From Neoechinorhynchus agilis (Eukaryota; Animalia; Acanthocephala), in NCBI GenBank assembly GCA_051530055.1, contig CM121342.1, positions 15,081,480 through 15,145,479 on the forward strand: 64,000 nt of DNA, given 5' to 3'. Position numbers and translations under genes: made by a program. The notes beneath the pieces were generated by a model. The model was not told the origin of the DNA and searched no databases. It saw only the letters and a program-made list of their open reading frames with translations. Positions 38,581-52,333 of the stretch are shown here, in pieces. Position 1 is the stretch's first letter; the number at the start of each line of letters is the position of its first letter.

Positions 38581-39143
38581 TTCACAATGACTGATTCTAT
38601 CATTCCTCTCGGTTGTTGACAAGCGACCAAAATAATAATAATGTATATATTTCTATTGGATCTTTAAAGGGTAATTCTGATTTTGTCTCACAATGTACAA
38701 CTACACCAAAACTTCAACTAAGCCAAAAAAATTCGATCAGTTCTACCAGCTCACAATTTGCTATGCCCAAATTTATGATTTTGAACCGTAGCGTTCCTCA
38801 TGAATACGTGCATTAGGACCTCAATTTTGTTTGTATTAATCGACTATCGATCTGGCGACCCTAAAAGAACTTATCTCATACAAATTATAAGGCGCCACAA
38901 GCGGTTGAGGAACTGCCCGGGCTGCGGACGAGATGCGCAGTTCCGTGACTATCCGAGAGAATGGATTATTGGCTTCCGGGAAAAGAGACTTTCATTTGGT
39001 GGTTTTGCCATTGTTGGCTCAAAAACCCCGGGAAAATGTCGGAATTATCGGACGATATTTCGAAAATAAACAAATGAATTTAAATCCGTCGTGGCAACAC
39101 TACTAAAGGAAAATAATATTGTAAAGAAATTAATCATTATTGT

Positions 39144-39355
39144 TTCAATTTCAATTAGCGATATTCACTCAGAAATAGATTTATATAAATTTTCGGCCTT
39201 TTCGTTGGCCTTCTTCAGTCAGATTGTTTCGCAAGTTTGTCACTTGACTGTCACTTGACAAACTTGCGAAACAATCTGACTGAAGAAGGCCAACGAAAAG
39301 GCCGAAAATTTATATAAATCTACTTCTGAGTGAATATCGCTAACTGAAATTGAAA
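39144..39355. repeat. Near-perfect palindromic element with hammerhead-like cores
   Basis: ~99-bp arms around a 13-nt loop (39243-39255). Core at 39280-39307, mirrored on the minus strand. Confidence 0.92.
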
Positions 39356-39517
39356 GAAAATAATAGTAATGTTTAAATTCAGCCCTGATTGCTCCAAGAA
39401 ATTAATTATTCTTTTATAGTCTTTAACGAAAGAAACAAGACTAATTCTGTAGGTTTATTTGGTAAATTACGATTCTTAATATTCAAAATTTCGTCCTTAC
39501 GATTTCTTCGCATTGTA

Positions 39518-40366
39518 ATGAACACGAGAAATGTTGTTGTAGCCAATGAAGCTAGCTCGTGCCCATTTACAAGGGAATATAAACGAGTTCGAAAACTCAG
39601 CGATGAAGAATTAAGGAAAACGTGTTCGACCAATCGATCTGTTCAGTTGCGATTTCCAATCAAAGTGGCATCTACATTCTTAAACCAGTCAGCCGATGTG
39701 TACAGACTTGTCGATAATCATGATCGTTTAAGCAATGCACTGATTCTTATAAGAAATGCTCTGTCTCCCAAGGGGTTATCACATTTTTCAATTAATAGTA
39801 TTTTAGACTACCCGAACAGACCAAATACTAGAAACAATTTAGTCAATAGCAAGTATCTTAGATGGGCTACTGTTGGTGAATACCTCTATGATTGGGAGAA
39901 GAAGGAATACTTCGATAACCCTGATGGAAGATTACCCGAAGATTTAAAAGCTTGCATTGAGGCCATTACAGAATCGTGTCTTGCGCAATATAACGGAATT
40001 GGAATCACATTCCAAACGGCAATCGTCAATTATTATCCTCTGAATTCCAACGGCCTGTGTGCCCACCAAGATGTTTATGAAAATGCGATTGATAGACCTT
40101 TGGTAACATTAAGTCTCGGTCAATCCGGTGTTTTTCTAGCTGGTGGACTTACTAAAGATGAAGGATCGTCTATTCTTGTAGTTCTAGAGCACGGAGATAT
40201 CTTGGCGATGTGCGCAGATGCACGAAGAGCATTTCATGCTGTACCTAAAGTAGTAAAAGTGGAAGGTCCTTCGTTAACAAACTGTGAAGACGATACACAA
40301 AGAAAGCTTGTTGAAGCTTTTCTCAATAGACATCGAATTAATCTTAGTTTTAGAATGGTAAAATAA
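39518..40366 (+). CDS. ALKBH1: AlkB homolog 1 (Fe/2-OG dioxygenase), intronless
   Basis: LRWATVG.Y.W..K.Y, IVNYY, HxD (AHQD), SLGQSGVFL.GG, HAVPKV, RINLSFR. The start was chosen at the first ATG. Confidence 0.93.
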   Translation: MNTRNVVVANEASSCPFTREYKRVRKLSDEELRKTCSTNRSVQLRFPIKVASTFLNQSADVYRLVDNHDRLSNALILIRNALSPKGLSHFSINSILDYPNRPNTRNNLVNSKYLRWATVGEYLYDWEKKEYFDNPDGRLPEDLKACIEAITESCLAQYNGIGITFQTAIVNYYPLNSNGLCAHQDVYENAIDRPLVTLSLGQSGVFLAGGLTKDEGSSILVVLEHGDILAMCADARRAFHAVPKVVKVEGPSLTNCEDDTQRKLVEAFLNRHRINLSFRMVK

Positions 40367-40999
40367 ACCCGACCATCGCAAATTATTAAACCAAATACTC
40401 ATCGAACTTCATGCATATCAATGCACATTCGAATGTATACAAATTAAAAACGTTTTGATAATTTGCACTTAGAAGCGATTCCGTTGTTTAAATATTAAAA
40501 CAAAAATTGAAGAATGTGCATGCAATTTATTTATAAAAGTGACAACTATACATTTACGGCAATGAATACACGAAAAGCTACATTGAAAAGGAATGATCGG
40601 ATTTTAGGCATCGATTTTCCATCCTCAAAATATCGCTCATTTGTCAACATCCCCCTTAATGGCTTCTTTTATTCTATCAGACGAATTCTAAAAAAATCTT
40701 TCAAGTTTCAATTGGACCCAACATTTATTGGCGAGTCGATTTGCTTTTTTGAACGTGGACCTCCGCCAGAAATTAAAATGTTCTTCTTTAATAAATTTGG
40801 AAATAAATTACAATTTAAGTTTGGCTCGACTACTCTCAGCACTTTATAGAATTTTTGTAACTAGGGTTTATTTTAATGCTCAAGTCGTCCGCTTTCTAAA
40901 TACATATTGGACTACAACAACTTGTATTTAATTTCATACTCACATAATACCTCTTTTAGAGATTCTGCACTTAGCAAGAAAACAACAAGATTAAGGGGT

Positions 41000-41191
41000 G
41001 ATATTTTTAATAATTTACTAGTCTTGGGATGTCTCGGAAAAGAAGCCGATTATTTCCTCTCACGGCTGGGAGGGATGCTAAAACATGCCACCGGCGATAT
41101 GCGATCCAGCAGCTTCCTGTTGCAGCGAATCAGCGCGGCGATCCAACGCGGCAATGCCGCGGCCATCAAGGAAGCTGCCGAACAAACATAA
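41000..41191 (+). mobile_element. CRE 3' fragment
   Basis: LGCLGKEA...TGDMRSSSFLLQRISAAIQRGNAAAI. Confidence 0.85.
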
Positions 41192-41763
41192 CATTTGAAG
41201 ACAACAAATTGTAGCAATCGCGTTTAACAAAATTGCCGAAAAGGACAAATGTTTTATCCTTTAAGGTAAGTTTAAGAAAAAGAGGGAGAGTATGGGTATT
41301 GAGGAGCTTAGAGGTCGTTCAAACTCAGCTCCTACTCTCCTTCGGTCTCCTTTTCTTCATTTATGACTCAGTAGAGTCGAACTCTCAAGCAATTAATTTA
41401 TCCGTATAACAGTGCAACAGTATGCATGTGAAATAAATAAACAGCTACATGCATTCGAAGAAAATTTTATTGCAGTTAGTTTTAATGAACATTTTTTCAC
41501 TTTAACGATTTCTTATACGTTTTAAAATTGTGGTCAATGATGTATATTCGTATGCGTTCCGCATTGTGCTTGTTTTTTTGTTAGGATACTCGAAAATCAT
41601 TTAGACTGTGCGCAATCGGAAAATTCAACCTCTGCGTTTTAACATCCACTATTGAATAGTTTATTTAGTGTTTTATTTTGAATTCGTTAAAAATTGTTCA
41701 ATCGTGACATTTGGTTATTCTTTGTGGATTTATTATATATTAAAATCATGTTTTGGTAACTGT

Positions 41764-43839
41764 TTAAATTATCCAAGTAATTGATGGGAACTTCTTAAAG
41801 GTTTTTCTCAAATATCTCCGATAATCTGAACTTGTAAAGGTGCTCATCTGAATGAGTAGATTATGGAAGAGACTACTCAAAGAAATAAGGGTATAACGTA
41901 ATGAATCGATAGAAAAAGACGGCCTGATAACTTTTGCGGACAGCAAGATGTTCAATATGAAATACGGCAGATACATTGCGTGTAGAAGAGCGACCGTACA
42001 GACTTGTACTTTGGCTGAAAATGATCTACATCTCATTAAATTTGTTTTTCGTCGGGACTTGCACATCCTCTGCATACTGGCATAGGTTACGATGCCCGTT
42101 AGGAGAAGTGATAACAGGATGCATATAAGATAGGTTGAATTGATGACCATAATCGGGATTTTCTCCTTCAATGGTATATAGTCGATCATTATTGAACTCA
42201 TACATATTCCACGAGTTTCGTTTGACATTTTGTACCTGACTGCAATGGTTGTTGACTTATGGCCGCTGGTCTTAAAACACACGCAAATCAGATGGTCGCG
42301 GTGAGTGCATTTTTATTTACGGTTAAGAAATAGTATCTAGCAACTAAAATAGCAGCAAGTTGGAAAATACAGCAGCTTTGTTTTAATACAATACGTTTAC
42401 AGAATCAAGAGGTTTCTGTACTTATCTTTATTTTCGAATAGAATACTGGTTTCAAGTGAACAGTAAAGTGGAATGCTGGTGTTTGTTTTTAAAAAATAAT
42501 GGTTGCCGCTATTTTAATATCGGAGAAGAATAAAGCTTCAGTTGATATGGTGGAAAATTTACTTGAGATATTTTATCACGTCAACTATTTAGTTTTAATC
42601 AATCTATACCTCAAGTATTTGATATAACGCCTTTAGTAGTTTTGTTACTTCAGATTTTAATTCGTCAATTTATTTCCGATATTACACGTCGGATAATTCT
42701 AACATTATCAAGGTTTGTCATTGTTTAAATGTTTTGTTCGCACTTGAATGTACCTTGATAATGTCGAAACGACATGAAATATCGGGAGTAAGTCAACGAA
42801 TTTAAATGCTGGGTGGCAAGACTACCAAAAAATGTATTTGATATAACGTCGTGAATTTTAGCCTGTGGCTTCAAGCCGCCTGAAGCTGCACATAAAATCA
42901 AAAGTTAGTCGAATTCATAACACATTTATACCAGAAATGACTTTAAAGTGGTCTCAACACAGTAGAGAGATCCATTAATTACCCATTTCATCCGTAAGCT
43001 CATTTACATCGGAGAGGTATGGTAAACAAATCCAAAGACAAGAAACGACCGTTTGCATCCTTCGCAAGACTCAAATCCTGTCCCTTTGGATTCGATGGCT
43101 CGAGACTGCAGCATGGCATCGTCGCTTATTAATCAAACTATTCGCAATCTGAAGAAAGATGTTAACAGATTGAAGAGAATGCACTCAGAGTGTGCATATG
43201 GACTTACGAATGAAATGGGTAATGAATGGATGAATCTGAACTTGGCAGTATTGCAGGATATCAACAGCAGAGAAAGTAAAAATGTCCAGTGGAATTGAGA
43301 GCATTTGTTTAAAACTAGGCGACCTTATTGCAAACACTTAAAGCAGTACAAATGCTGATGATTAGAATAACAATTGACGTCCTATTATTAGTCCTTGGTG
43401 TGCTATTTGTCATTCTGAGCCCGTACATAATGCTAAAACGAGATAAAGATATAGTTAAATATCCAAATCCCATCAACATAACACATGAGGCATCCATTAG
43501 AGCGATTGCTTTGCAAAAATACTGATTTTGTGCGTCGATGTCAATTAGAAACACTTGAAAGACCACACATCGAAGGTACTCGTGAACTGATTTTAGAAAT
43601 ACGGCCCAGCTTATCAGTAAGACCAAATTGGCATTTGTATTTCTCCGTTTTCTTTTTGTCTTAAACATAGAAATCAACAAAATATGACTGATCGTTGATA
43701 AAGAAATGAAAACTGCATACACGATACTAATTGCGATCGCTGCTTGAGTGGGAGGACCTTTGGAGAACATCCAATAAACATTGTTGTCACTGACCAATAT
43801 GCTTTGTTGTGCAGTATTTTGGTAACTGTGGTTGCTCAT
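41764..43839 (-). CDS. Orphan rhodopsin-like 7TM GPCR, two coding blocks split by a ~1-kb intron
   Basis: 43315-43839 encodes TM1-4 (FCK, ISLSRF at the DRY position). 41764-42282 encodes the ECL2 Cys, TM5-7 and a helix-8-like YRRYLRK. Splice sites are uncertain. Confidence 0.72.
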
Positions 43840-43974
43840 CGGTTCTAGACCGTTTTGAGTTCGACCATCATCTCGAATTCCTGTTTTAGGTATGCCGACA
43901 AAATTAATGTTAAAATGAAGCTCGGTAAGCAGAGCGACCAGAAAAAGCTTTTTGTAAAGATGCTCATCATTTAT

Positions 43975-44136
43975 TTTTTTCCAGCGTATTATAGTAATTG
44001 ATTTATTTTATAATTTTCGGCTTTCGCGTAGGCCTTCTTCAGTCTATTGTTTTTGAAAAAAATGACTGAAGAAGACCTACGTGAAGGCTGAAAATTATCA
44101 AGTAAATAAATCAACTATTATAATTTGCGATAAAAA
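43975..44136. repeat. Palindromic element, subfamily 2
   Basis: Inverted arms around a short T/A centre. Both arms carry CTGAAGAAG...GAAA variants. Confidence 0.87.
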
Positions 44137-45164
44137 TAGATCAAAATAAGCATCGCAATGCAAGTTTATGTTGATTGAACAAATACCACGCAACCAAACA
44201 TAAAAAATAGATAGTAGAATCCGTCGAAACTGCAAGGTTAAGCTTGAAATTAAAATAAAAGTGCTTTTAAGGAAAGTAACATTCCTTTTTCTTTGCCAGC
44301 CTAATAGACCCTTCAGAATCTCAATACGAAAAAGATATTTGTTTGGTTGATTTCAAAATTACATGCAAATAAATGCATTCTTCGAAAAAGCCGGCATTAC
44401 AGTTCACAATACCTTTTTCAAAGATTAGAAAGCATCAATTTCAAACAATCTCATATGCTAACGATTTGGTTTGGAAGTCGTAATTGATGCGACCCTCTTT
44501 TAATAAGCATAAATAGTCTTCGTTTGACTTCAAGCTTCAGGATTCTTAGATCCTTATCAATATGGTAATGTAGTTGTGCAACTGACTAAATGAAATCATC
44601 TGCATGCCTTCTCGTACAAATACGATAGATAAAGAAATAGTTTGTTGGATACAAACGCCCACTGCAATTTCTCTATTCGAAGTAAAGATTATAACCTTCC
44701 GATAAAATGTAAAGTACTTTCCAGTAAAAGCATTAAGAACTGATAATGCGAATGGCATGAGTCTTAGACTCTAAATAATTAATCAACTTGTCGTCTGATT
44801 CGTTGGAGCATTTCTAGGAAAGCATTACTGATTCACTCCGAAAATTTCAAACAATAAGCGATATTATATCTTGTCATTTGTATTGTGGATTCTATTCTTA
44901 AAACTAACTACTCGTTCCACAAAAATTGGGATATGTAAGGTTTATGATCCACCTCAGAGGTTTTATACCATTTTGCGTTCTCGGTGTTGCAAAAAAATTA
45001 CATCGAGGTTGATCAGGATACAGGCCGATATCTTTTACAACAAAAAAAACGTTCAAAAAGAAAACATTAGGGACTTTTATTCGAATAAACCAGTCACTTG
45101 ATTGGTCAACCGTCGAAAAAGCGAGTGCACGCTAAAATGAACGGATGTTCAATTTGTTTTCTGA

Positions 45165-46518
45165 TTATGGTAATATCTGAGGCAATGCTCGTTTAACATT
45201 AGGACTTAAAGTAGCAGGAAATTGAATGTCAAAGCCGACAATAATGTCTCCGCGTTTTGACGGTGTTTTTGGAAATGGCAGCCCTTTACCTGAAATTCTT
45301 TTCTGAGTAGCTGGAGAAACCACTTCATCGCCAATCTTCAATGGTACCTGTCCACCTTCAATGAGTGGTACTTGTACAGTAAAGCCGCCAATGAGTGCTT
45401 GTCTAAGAGATATCCTTGCAGTATATACAACGTCCGATCCTTGCCTCTTGTATCTTGGATGTGGTTTGTCTTCAACGATAAACACAACATCGGCTGGAAT
45501 CGAATTCGGTAATTGATCGCCTTCTTTGGGAAACGTGATCTTAGTTCCAGCCTTCCAACCAGGTTTCACTTGAATCGTCAAAACTTTGTCTTCGATTCGT
45601 GGGCGATTATTCGATTCCATGACTTTACGAGAAACTTTCATCTTCTTTGTAGTTCCTTTTAGTATATCTTCTATACTTATTGGTAAGTGATGAATGACCG
45701 GAGGGTCTTGTTTTAGCTGCCGTTGACTGCGTCCACCACCGGCGTTACCCAGATTTATTCTACGCGTCTCAAGTATTCGTCGTCCAAGGAAATAATCAAA
45801 AGATCTAAAAAAATAGACTCTCAGTCTCGACACATTTTCTTTCATTAATCAATAGATGTGCAAAGAAAAACATAACTGAAGAAATGTTATTATTTTGAGG
45901 TCGTTTATGAACATCCGAGAGGGATCGCGTTAAAGTTGAAATCAAAGTTTTTTCAACTGTAAAAAATCAAGCAGCTAAAAAATTAATAAAATGACTGATT
46001 CGATCAGTATTGTTCATGAGTGACCTACCGAATGTAATAAACTAAAACCGGCGCTCGGACGAATACTCAATCCATCTAAGTCCTCCACCACCAGCCGATG
46101 GCATTCCAAATAGTCCATGGAAACCGCCGAACTGGTCATCAGCATTGTCATCACTCCCGCCACCTCCAAACAATCCAAACGGATCACTTGAACCGAAGAA
46201 TACCTTAAATGTCTCCGTAGGATCACCACTCCAATACGTGTAAGATCGACCAGCACCACCAGGATGCGTGCCTGGACCAGCGCCAGCATTACTCGCAGAA
46301 AGACCTTCTTCTCCATATTGATCGTAAACCTCCCGTTTGCTTTTATCAATCAAAACCTCATACGCTTCAGCTACTTCCTTAAACTTTTGCTCAGCGTTTT
46401 TCTCCTTACATTTGTCAGGGTGATACTTCAATGCCAATCGACGGTACGCCTTCTTTATCTCATCATCAGTCGCAGAACGACTAACGCCAAGTATTTTGTA
46501 AAAATCTTTCCCCATCAA
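45165..46518 (-). CDS. Class B DnaJ co-chaperone (DNAJB1/4/5 group)
   Basis: J domain with HPD, a G/F-rich linker, then [22 protein letters not shown] and the C-terminal domain. The intron in the G/F region has more than one possible boundary. Confidence 0.95.
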
Positions 46519-46849
46519 TTTTTATGCAGTCTTCTTCTAAAAGGAAATCGATGAGTCCAAATAAAGTAGTCTGTCTGCTCAAAAGCGCAAATTAAAAAAA
46601 TACGCGTTTAACAGTTGTTGTTCCAAGCGTTTGTTTGTTGTTTACGCAGACTTTTTACGCAATTGGTTTTTTGATTATTCAACGACGTCGACGTACGTGT
46701 AAAAATTTTCTATTTTTATCCAAACTATAAGCGTCTCGGTGTAAAAGGAAGCATTCGACGCTTTTTCTTGGTGAATTTTTTCATAATTAGCAGAAGCGCA
46801 GTTCAGCGCATTTTGAAATCTATTTATCATATTGATAGGCATTTTGAAG

Positions 46850-46960
46850 AGGGAATCAGTGAGTGGTGTACACTGACCAACTCCGATCAAGTACCTGTGA
46901 ATGGCCAAAAACAATCTGTGTGGGATCGACCCCTCGTCGCAGGAGTTCAAAGCTCTCTCT
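46850..46960 (+). mobile_element. CRE fragment, left half of a copy split by an RTE insertion
   Basis: EWCTLTNSDQVPVNGQKQSVWDRPLV matches the CRE fragment at 59834-59950. Confidence 0.8.
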
Positions 46961-49318
46961 TGTATTGTATTGTATTGTATTTTGTATTGTATGCAACGGT
47001 ACTTTCCTACGTTGCACCATAGGTATAAGCTTGTCAAATAGAATTAGACTCCGCGAGGGATCTAAAATACACGACAGCAGTCCTGGTATGCGGGCAATTC
47101 GCGTCTCTTAAAATCAGGTCATCGTATGTACGACAATTCCCTTTGCCTTTACGATACAATGTCGTTGGCTTCCAGAAAAGGAACTGTTGCACGACCTGTG
47201 GGCAAGATGCCTCGGACCGAATTATATTGCCCCTGAACTGCAGTAGTCTGCGGCGCAAATATTCACTGTGCGGTTGGACTCCGGCTCTCGACCATCTGAC
47301 CTTGAACGCCGCACGTAAGAGAGATGAATGATTTTGGTCCAACTGCCTCGTCGCCGTTGGTGACAGTGTCCAGGTCTCTGCATTGTAGTAGAGAATGCTC
47401 TCAATAAGAGCCCTGAACAGCTGCGAACGGAGTTCATCTGGCAAAGGCACTCTCAAACAGTGGTTTAAGTTGCCCCATTGCTCTCCAAGCTATAGCTCTC
47501 CGTCGGCTGACATCCGCACTCACCTCAGGAACGACAGCTCCCAGATAGACATACCGCTCTATCTTTTTTAATTGCCCAACGTCATTCGGCCATTCGCCAG
47601 AGACTATATGCGCGACATGCGGAATCGTCAAGAATTCCGTCTTTTTCGAGTTGATGGTCAGACCAATCATACTCGCCCTCTCGCACAGTCTATTTAGCAT
47701 GCGTTGAGCTCCTTCGACTGTTGAGGACATCAATACGATGTCGTCGGCATATGCCATGTAGGAGGCGCGTATCTCAGGATACCTGCGACCTCTTTTCCTC
47801 AACAAAAGAAATCCATCTTCATCATTCGGTAGTGCCTATATCATTACCCAATCAAGCACCAAGATGAAGAGGAAAAAAGCCAATGTGTCGCCCATCAGAA
47901 TACCTGAAGTGGTGGAAAAGTATTCTGTCAAACCGTCAGTTGTCTTTACGGCGGAAATTGTGTTTTTATATAATGCCATAACGGACGTGACAATGATCGG
48001 CGGCACTCCATACTCCTTTAAGGTACCGCCAATCATCGTTCGATTTACCGAATCGAAAGCTCGACGGAAATCAACAAATACCAGCGTCACATCCGTTTGA
48101 TGAATTCGTGCCTCCTCGAGGATCCTCCTCAAAGCCAATATGTGCTCTGTGGTGCCCCGACCTTTCCTGAAGCCGTTCTGTTCAATTCTTAGAAACGGTT
48201 CGAGGATTGGCTGAATTCGGCGTCTCAAAATTCTGCTGAAAAGTTTTGCCGTGTTGGACATCAAGGATATACCTCTGTAGTCCTCCACCTTTGTCGAGCA
48301 GCATTTCTTGGGGATCATTGTTAAATGCGCCGTTTGCCAGATTTGAGGTACTGAGCCACCATTCATTATGCCATTCATTATCGGTATGATTTTTCTGGCA
48401 ATAGATTCAAACCTCAGTACCTCTGCCATTATCCCATCTGGGCCTGATGCACGCCCGCACCCATCATTTTGGCCGCAGCGATCGCTTCCTGCACGGATCT
48501 CGGTCCAGTGAAGTATGCCTCAGTGTTTGGGACGATTGTGCCTTTTCGAAGTGCAGGACTCACTTCCAAAGACGATAATGGCGAATTGAGAATTTCCGCA
48601 AAATAATTTGCGATTCTCTTTTTTCTGTTTTCCGGGGAGAGACCTTCAATCAAAGTTGGCTGTCTTTGGGATCTTCCTGTGAGAGTGTTTATCGCTCTCC
48701 ATGCTAAGGAGGTACGAACAAAACCTTCCTTATATGCGATCCCGCGAACTGCATCCTCTATCGAAGCCTTTTGCTTTTCATTATAGAGGTTGGCAAGTTC
48801 AAGACTTGCAATGCGAGCCTCAGATCGTTTCCCTCTTTTTCTTAGAGTTTTGATCTGCTCAGCCATTGCCATTAATTCACAGTCCTCCTGCCATATAACC
48901 TTTGCAGCTTTTATACGCCTCATTTTTGGGAGGGTTTTCTCGGCCGCTTCGGTCACTGCGTCGCAGATTGACTTGTAATAAAAATCAATATCCGTTTCAG
49001 CAGCTGGCATCGATCTCAGTTGATTCTCTAGTTCGATATCGAACTCTTTCCTCTCCTCCTCATTAGCGAGGGCGCCATAGAACGGACGTGGAGGATGTTG
49101 AGGCGTACGGAACAACGAGTCACTCATGGTCAACTGACACATCACCAACTTGTGGTCGGTTGGCAGCCCATCAACTGTGAATGTGTCAGCGTTTTTGACC
49201 CGACATTTTTCCCTACGTCTCAACAATACATGGTCAAGCTGAGCTAAGCGTCTCTTGGGATTTTTTCCCATGGCATGTTTGGACGGAGAATCTCTCTTAT
49301 GAGACTGAAGCGACAACG
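46961..49318 (-). mobile_element. RTE-like LINE, 5'-truncated, inserted in a CRE element
   Basis: APE end (QLDHVL, TDHKLV), RT (YRGISL, QNGFRKGR, DFRRAFDSV, GDTLA, YADD) and an (ATACA)n tail at 46961-46992. Confidence 0.92.
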
Positions 49319-50000
49319 TTGTCCGTGCCAGATTGTTGGCAGTCTCCACTAGAGAATCAGGTGCTTGGTTGAACGCGGTCTCGCTGGCATCTGTGGGTAC
49401 TCTCATCTCCGGCGAGGCAGTATGGGTCGGAGTTTTAATGAGACTTGGACTACCGATGTGTCATCCCCACCGTTGCCGCTGCGGTGCAAATGTGGATTCG
49501 TCGGGACGTCATGGTCTCATCTGTAGAAAATCAGCCGGTAGATTGGCACGACATGCCGAAATTAACATGGTGCTGAGCCGGGCACTTGTAATGCGGTACA
49601 TGCACCCAATATTTTGGAACCTGCCAACCTCTGTAGGGACGTTGAGCGTAGACCTGATGCCACTTGTGTCGATACACTCGCAGCCAGCAATCTCAAGTTC
49701 TCGGTGGTTCAAACTGGAGATGCAGCGAGTGCTGCGGAAGGACGGAAAACGGCAAAATACTTCGATTTATCCCGAACCCATGTGTTTGTGCCTTTTGGGG
49801 TTGAGACCTACGGATCTCTTGGTAGCGAGGCTCTTCAACTCCTGAGGGATCTGAAGCGACGCCTTCAGGTTACGACCGGCGATGCAAGGTCAGGTCAATA
49901 CCTGGTTGAAAATATCAGCATCGCCGCGTTGAGAGGCAATACTGCAAGCATTCGGGCGACAATTGAGGACGAGGACGGCTAGGCATTTTTGCCGGATAAA
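49319..50000 (+). mobile_element. CRE fragment, right half
   Basis: SGAWLNA, CHPHRCRCG, RHAEIN, FVPFGVETYG, NISIAALRGN. Confidence 0.88.
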
Positions 50001-50622
50001 GTTTTCCTCCAAGATTTTGATAGGTTAACAAATTATCCAACTTTAAGAATAATAAATTACACAAACTATAAAAAAAATTGTGTTTTGCTGTAAACAAATG
50101 ATAATTTATTTTGTTCCACAAGATAAAAATCGGCGATAAAACTGATAAAATTGACGAAACACGACACTTACTGCATCCGAATTTCCTTCGCCACGTTCGA
50201 CGAAGAGATCCGTAGCAAAATGACCAGGTTCTTGAATGTTCAACTTTCCGACTTGACGTGGCGTTAAGACTTACTCCCAGTTCACTTGGGAGGCTTTGGT
50301 GTTCAACGCGCTGCAGAAATAGTGACCTCAGCCTTTGGCTCATCCGTGTCCCAAACAAGCCGCTTTAATATTAAAAGCTTTCCTATCCAATCGATCAGGA
50401 ATTAACGACCAATCTTAACGAATCGCACATAAAAATTGGAGTAAAGAACTCGAACTGCCTGCCCAAACGGATACATCAATACAAAAACGTTGGTCGGACG
50501 CTTGGTTTGAGACGTTCGTGTGCCAATGACAAAGAACGAGCAAGCCTACTTGCGGCCGCACCAAAATGTCCGGGGTTTTTCTTAACGCTTTATCAATCCC
50601 TTTGATTAATACCAAAATAGAT

Positions 50623-51490
50623 TATTAATTGTTCTGGCTCAACTTTACTCTTAACCTCCCCGCCATATTAATTGATTTATTGTAAATTTTCTCGACCGCA
50701 TGCGGACCTCTTAGGAACTCAGGTACCCGGGATCGTGAAGCTCGAAAGTGATCTCACACTTCTTTGAGTGTTGGTTGCTATCTCTCGGAATCTCCTCAGA
50801 TTCCAAGACGGCGTAACAACATACATACATAAAAAGCACCTCCCCTAATCAATCTTTTACTTGTTCTCCCTTTAGATGCAACATGGTTGCAAATTGCAGA
50901 CGACGTGTCTCCCCTTCTTATCCTTTTTAAGTTAGTTGACTAGTTTGACCGATGTAGATTTTATCACAGCTCCTCAGACATGGAATCCGATAGACCACAT
51001 CTTTGTGTTGCTGTTTCCTTTTAAAGATACTAGCAAGGTTTGTCCCCGTTTTCATGTACGAGATGAACTCATCGTTCCTACACCTCCTTCTCACTAGATG
51101 CCGTCGTACTTGGGCGTGCAACCTTTCATCAATGAATTGAAAATGCACAAATGTCCTCTGCCTATTTGACACAAAAGTCACTGTGAGAATTCATACCAGA
51201 CCCTTCGTCTACACATTTGAGCTACTCATGAACTTGCTTATCGTCTGATGATACGACCGGTTCACTGTCCATCTAAGGATAACCCTCATCCACTAGCATC
51301 TGTCGGATCCTGTCGATCTCTCTCTAATTAGTTCTTGAGGTTCTGAACAGATTCAATAGGCTCTTAGAAAAAGTAATTTAGCAGCATAGATAACTGAAGA
51401 GGACCGTATGCGGTCGAGAAAATTTACAATAATCAATTAACATCGCTGGGATGTTAAGGGTGCAGTTGCGCTAGTACAATTAATAACCAT
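50623..51490 (-). mobile_element. Penelope-like 3' remnant with GIY-YIG fragment, bounded by inverted terminal-repeat copies
   Basis: VVYRIPCLRSCDKIYIGQT. A ~100-bp repeat occurs at 50623-50715 (minus) and 51394-51490 (plus). Confidence 0.82.
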
Positions 51491-52333
51491 TGTTAAAGTT
51501 TGACATTCCAATGAATGAAGTTTGGAACGCGTTTCCGATATTAAACGATCCATCACTCATTTCTATTGCGGATTAATTGAATCAGTATTGCCGAACTCGT
51601 TGGAAGGGCAAGAAGCCCGATCTCCTCAATTCGTCTACGGACGAGAACAAAGTGTAGTAGATCATCAATGTCGTCTTTTTTGCTATGCACAAGTGTTGTC
51701 GAGTGTCAATATAACGATTGTTAACCCTTCAAACGAACCACCTTTGTCGATAGTAGTGAAGAATGGCAGCCAAATTGGCAGCGCAGCATTTATTAGACAT
51801 TGCTAATCGGTTTGCTCATTTCCGACTTTCGTTCTAAACAGGATGCAGCAGAGAAGGGGAAGTTGGCTTTCTCAATCCAATCGATCCTGCAATAGTTAAT
51901 CAGTGCGAGCATCAATGATCCCTCAAGGTTATGAGCGCAAGGTGTAATTGTAATTGCGCTCAGTAATGAAGGGCTTCTTATAAAGGACTTCTGGTGAAGT
52001 TGAAAGATGCACCGAGAGTGAAGGATGTCACTCTTGTTGAGAGTAAACTCCATATTGGTGAGATCGAACGATTGCAAGTATGTGAAGGGTGAGTTTGGCA
52101 AGATAAGTCAAAGGGGCTAATGTGCCATCCAAGAAGTTCCTATGCAGGCTAGCCTTTCGAATGACAAGATTGTTTGAAATAACATGGCGCAATCTGAAAC
52201 CAAAAGCTTGGACTAAGTAGAATGGGACCACGAATGGGTTGATCCAGGTAGCAAAACGAGCGCGTGATTCGACCAATACTCAATGATTGGAGACAAAAAG
52301 AGTTTACAAACATTAACGAAAACTCGCTCTGGA

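Noticed and set aside
43040-43085. Second tRNA-like motif (gcaagactcaaatcctgtccc)
   Set aside because: Only a degenerate T-arm resemblance; no A box or cloverleaf.
46560-46760. Heat-shock element upstream of DNAJB
   Set aside because: No correctly spaced nGAAnnTTCn array found.
50150-50615. Minus-strand coding-looking fragments
   Set aside because: Could not be joined into a frame or assigned to a family.
51793-52330. Possible leucine-rich-repeat gene fragments
   Set aside because: Only loose LxxLxL spacing across different frames; no consistent gene model.
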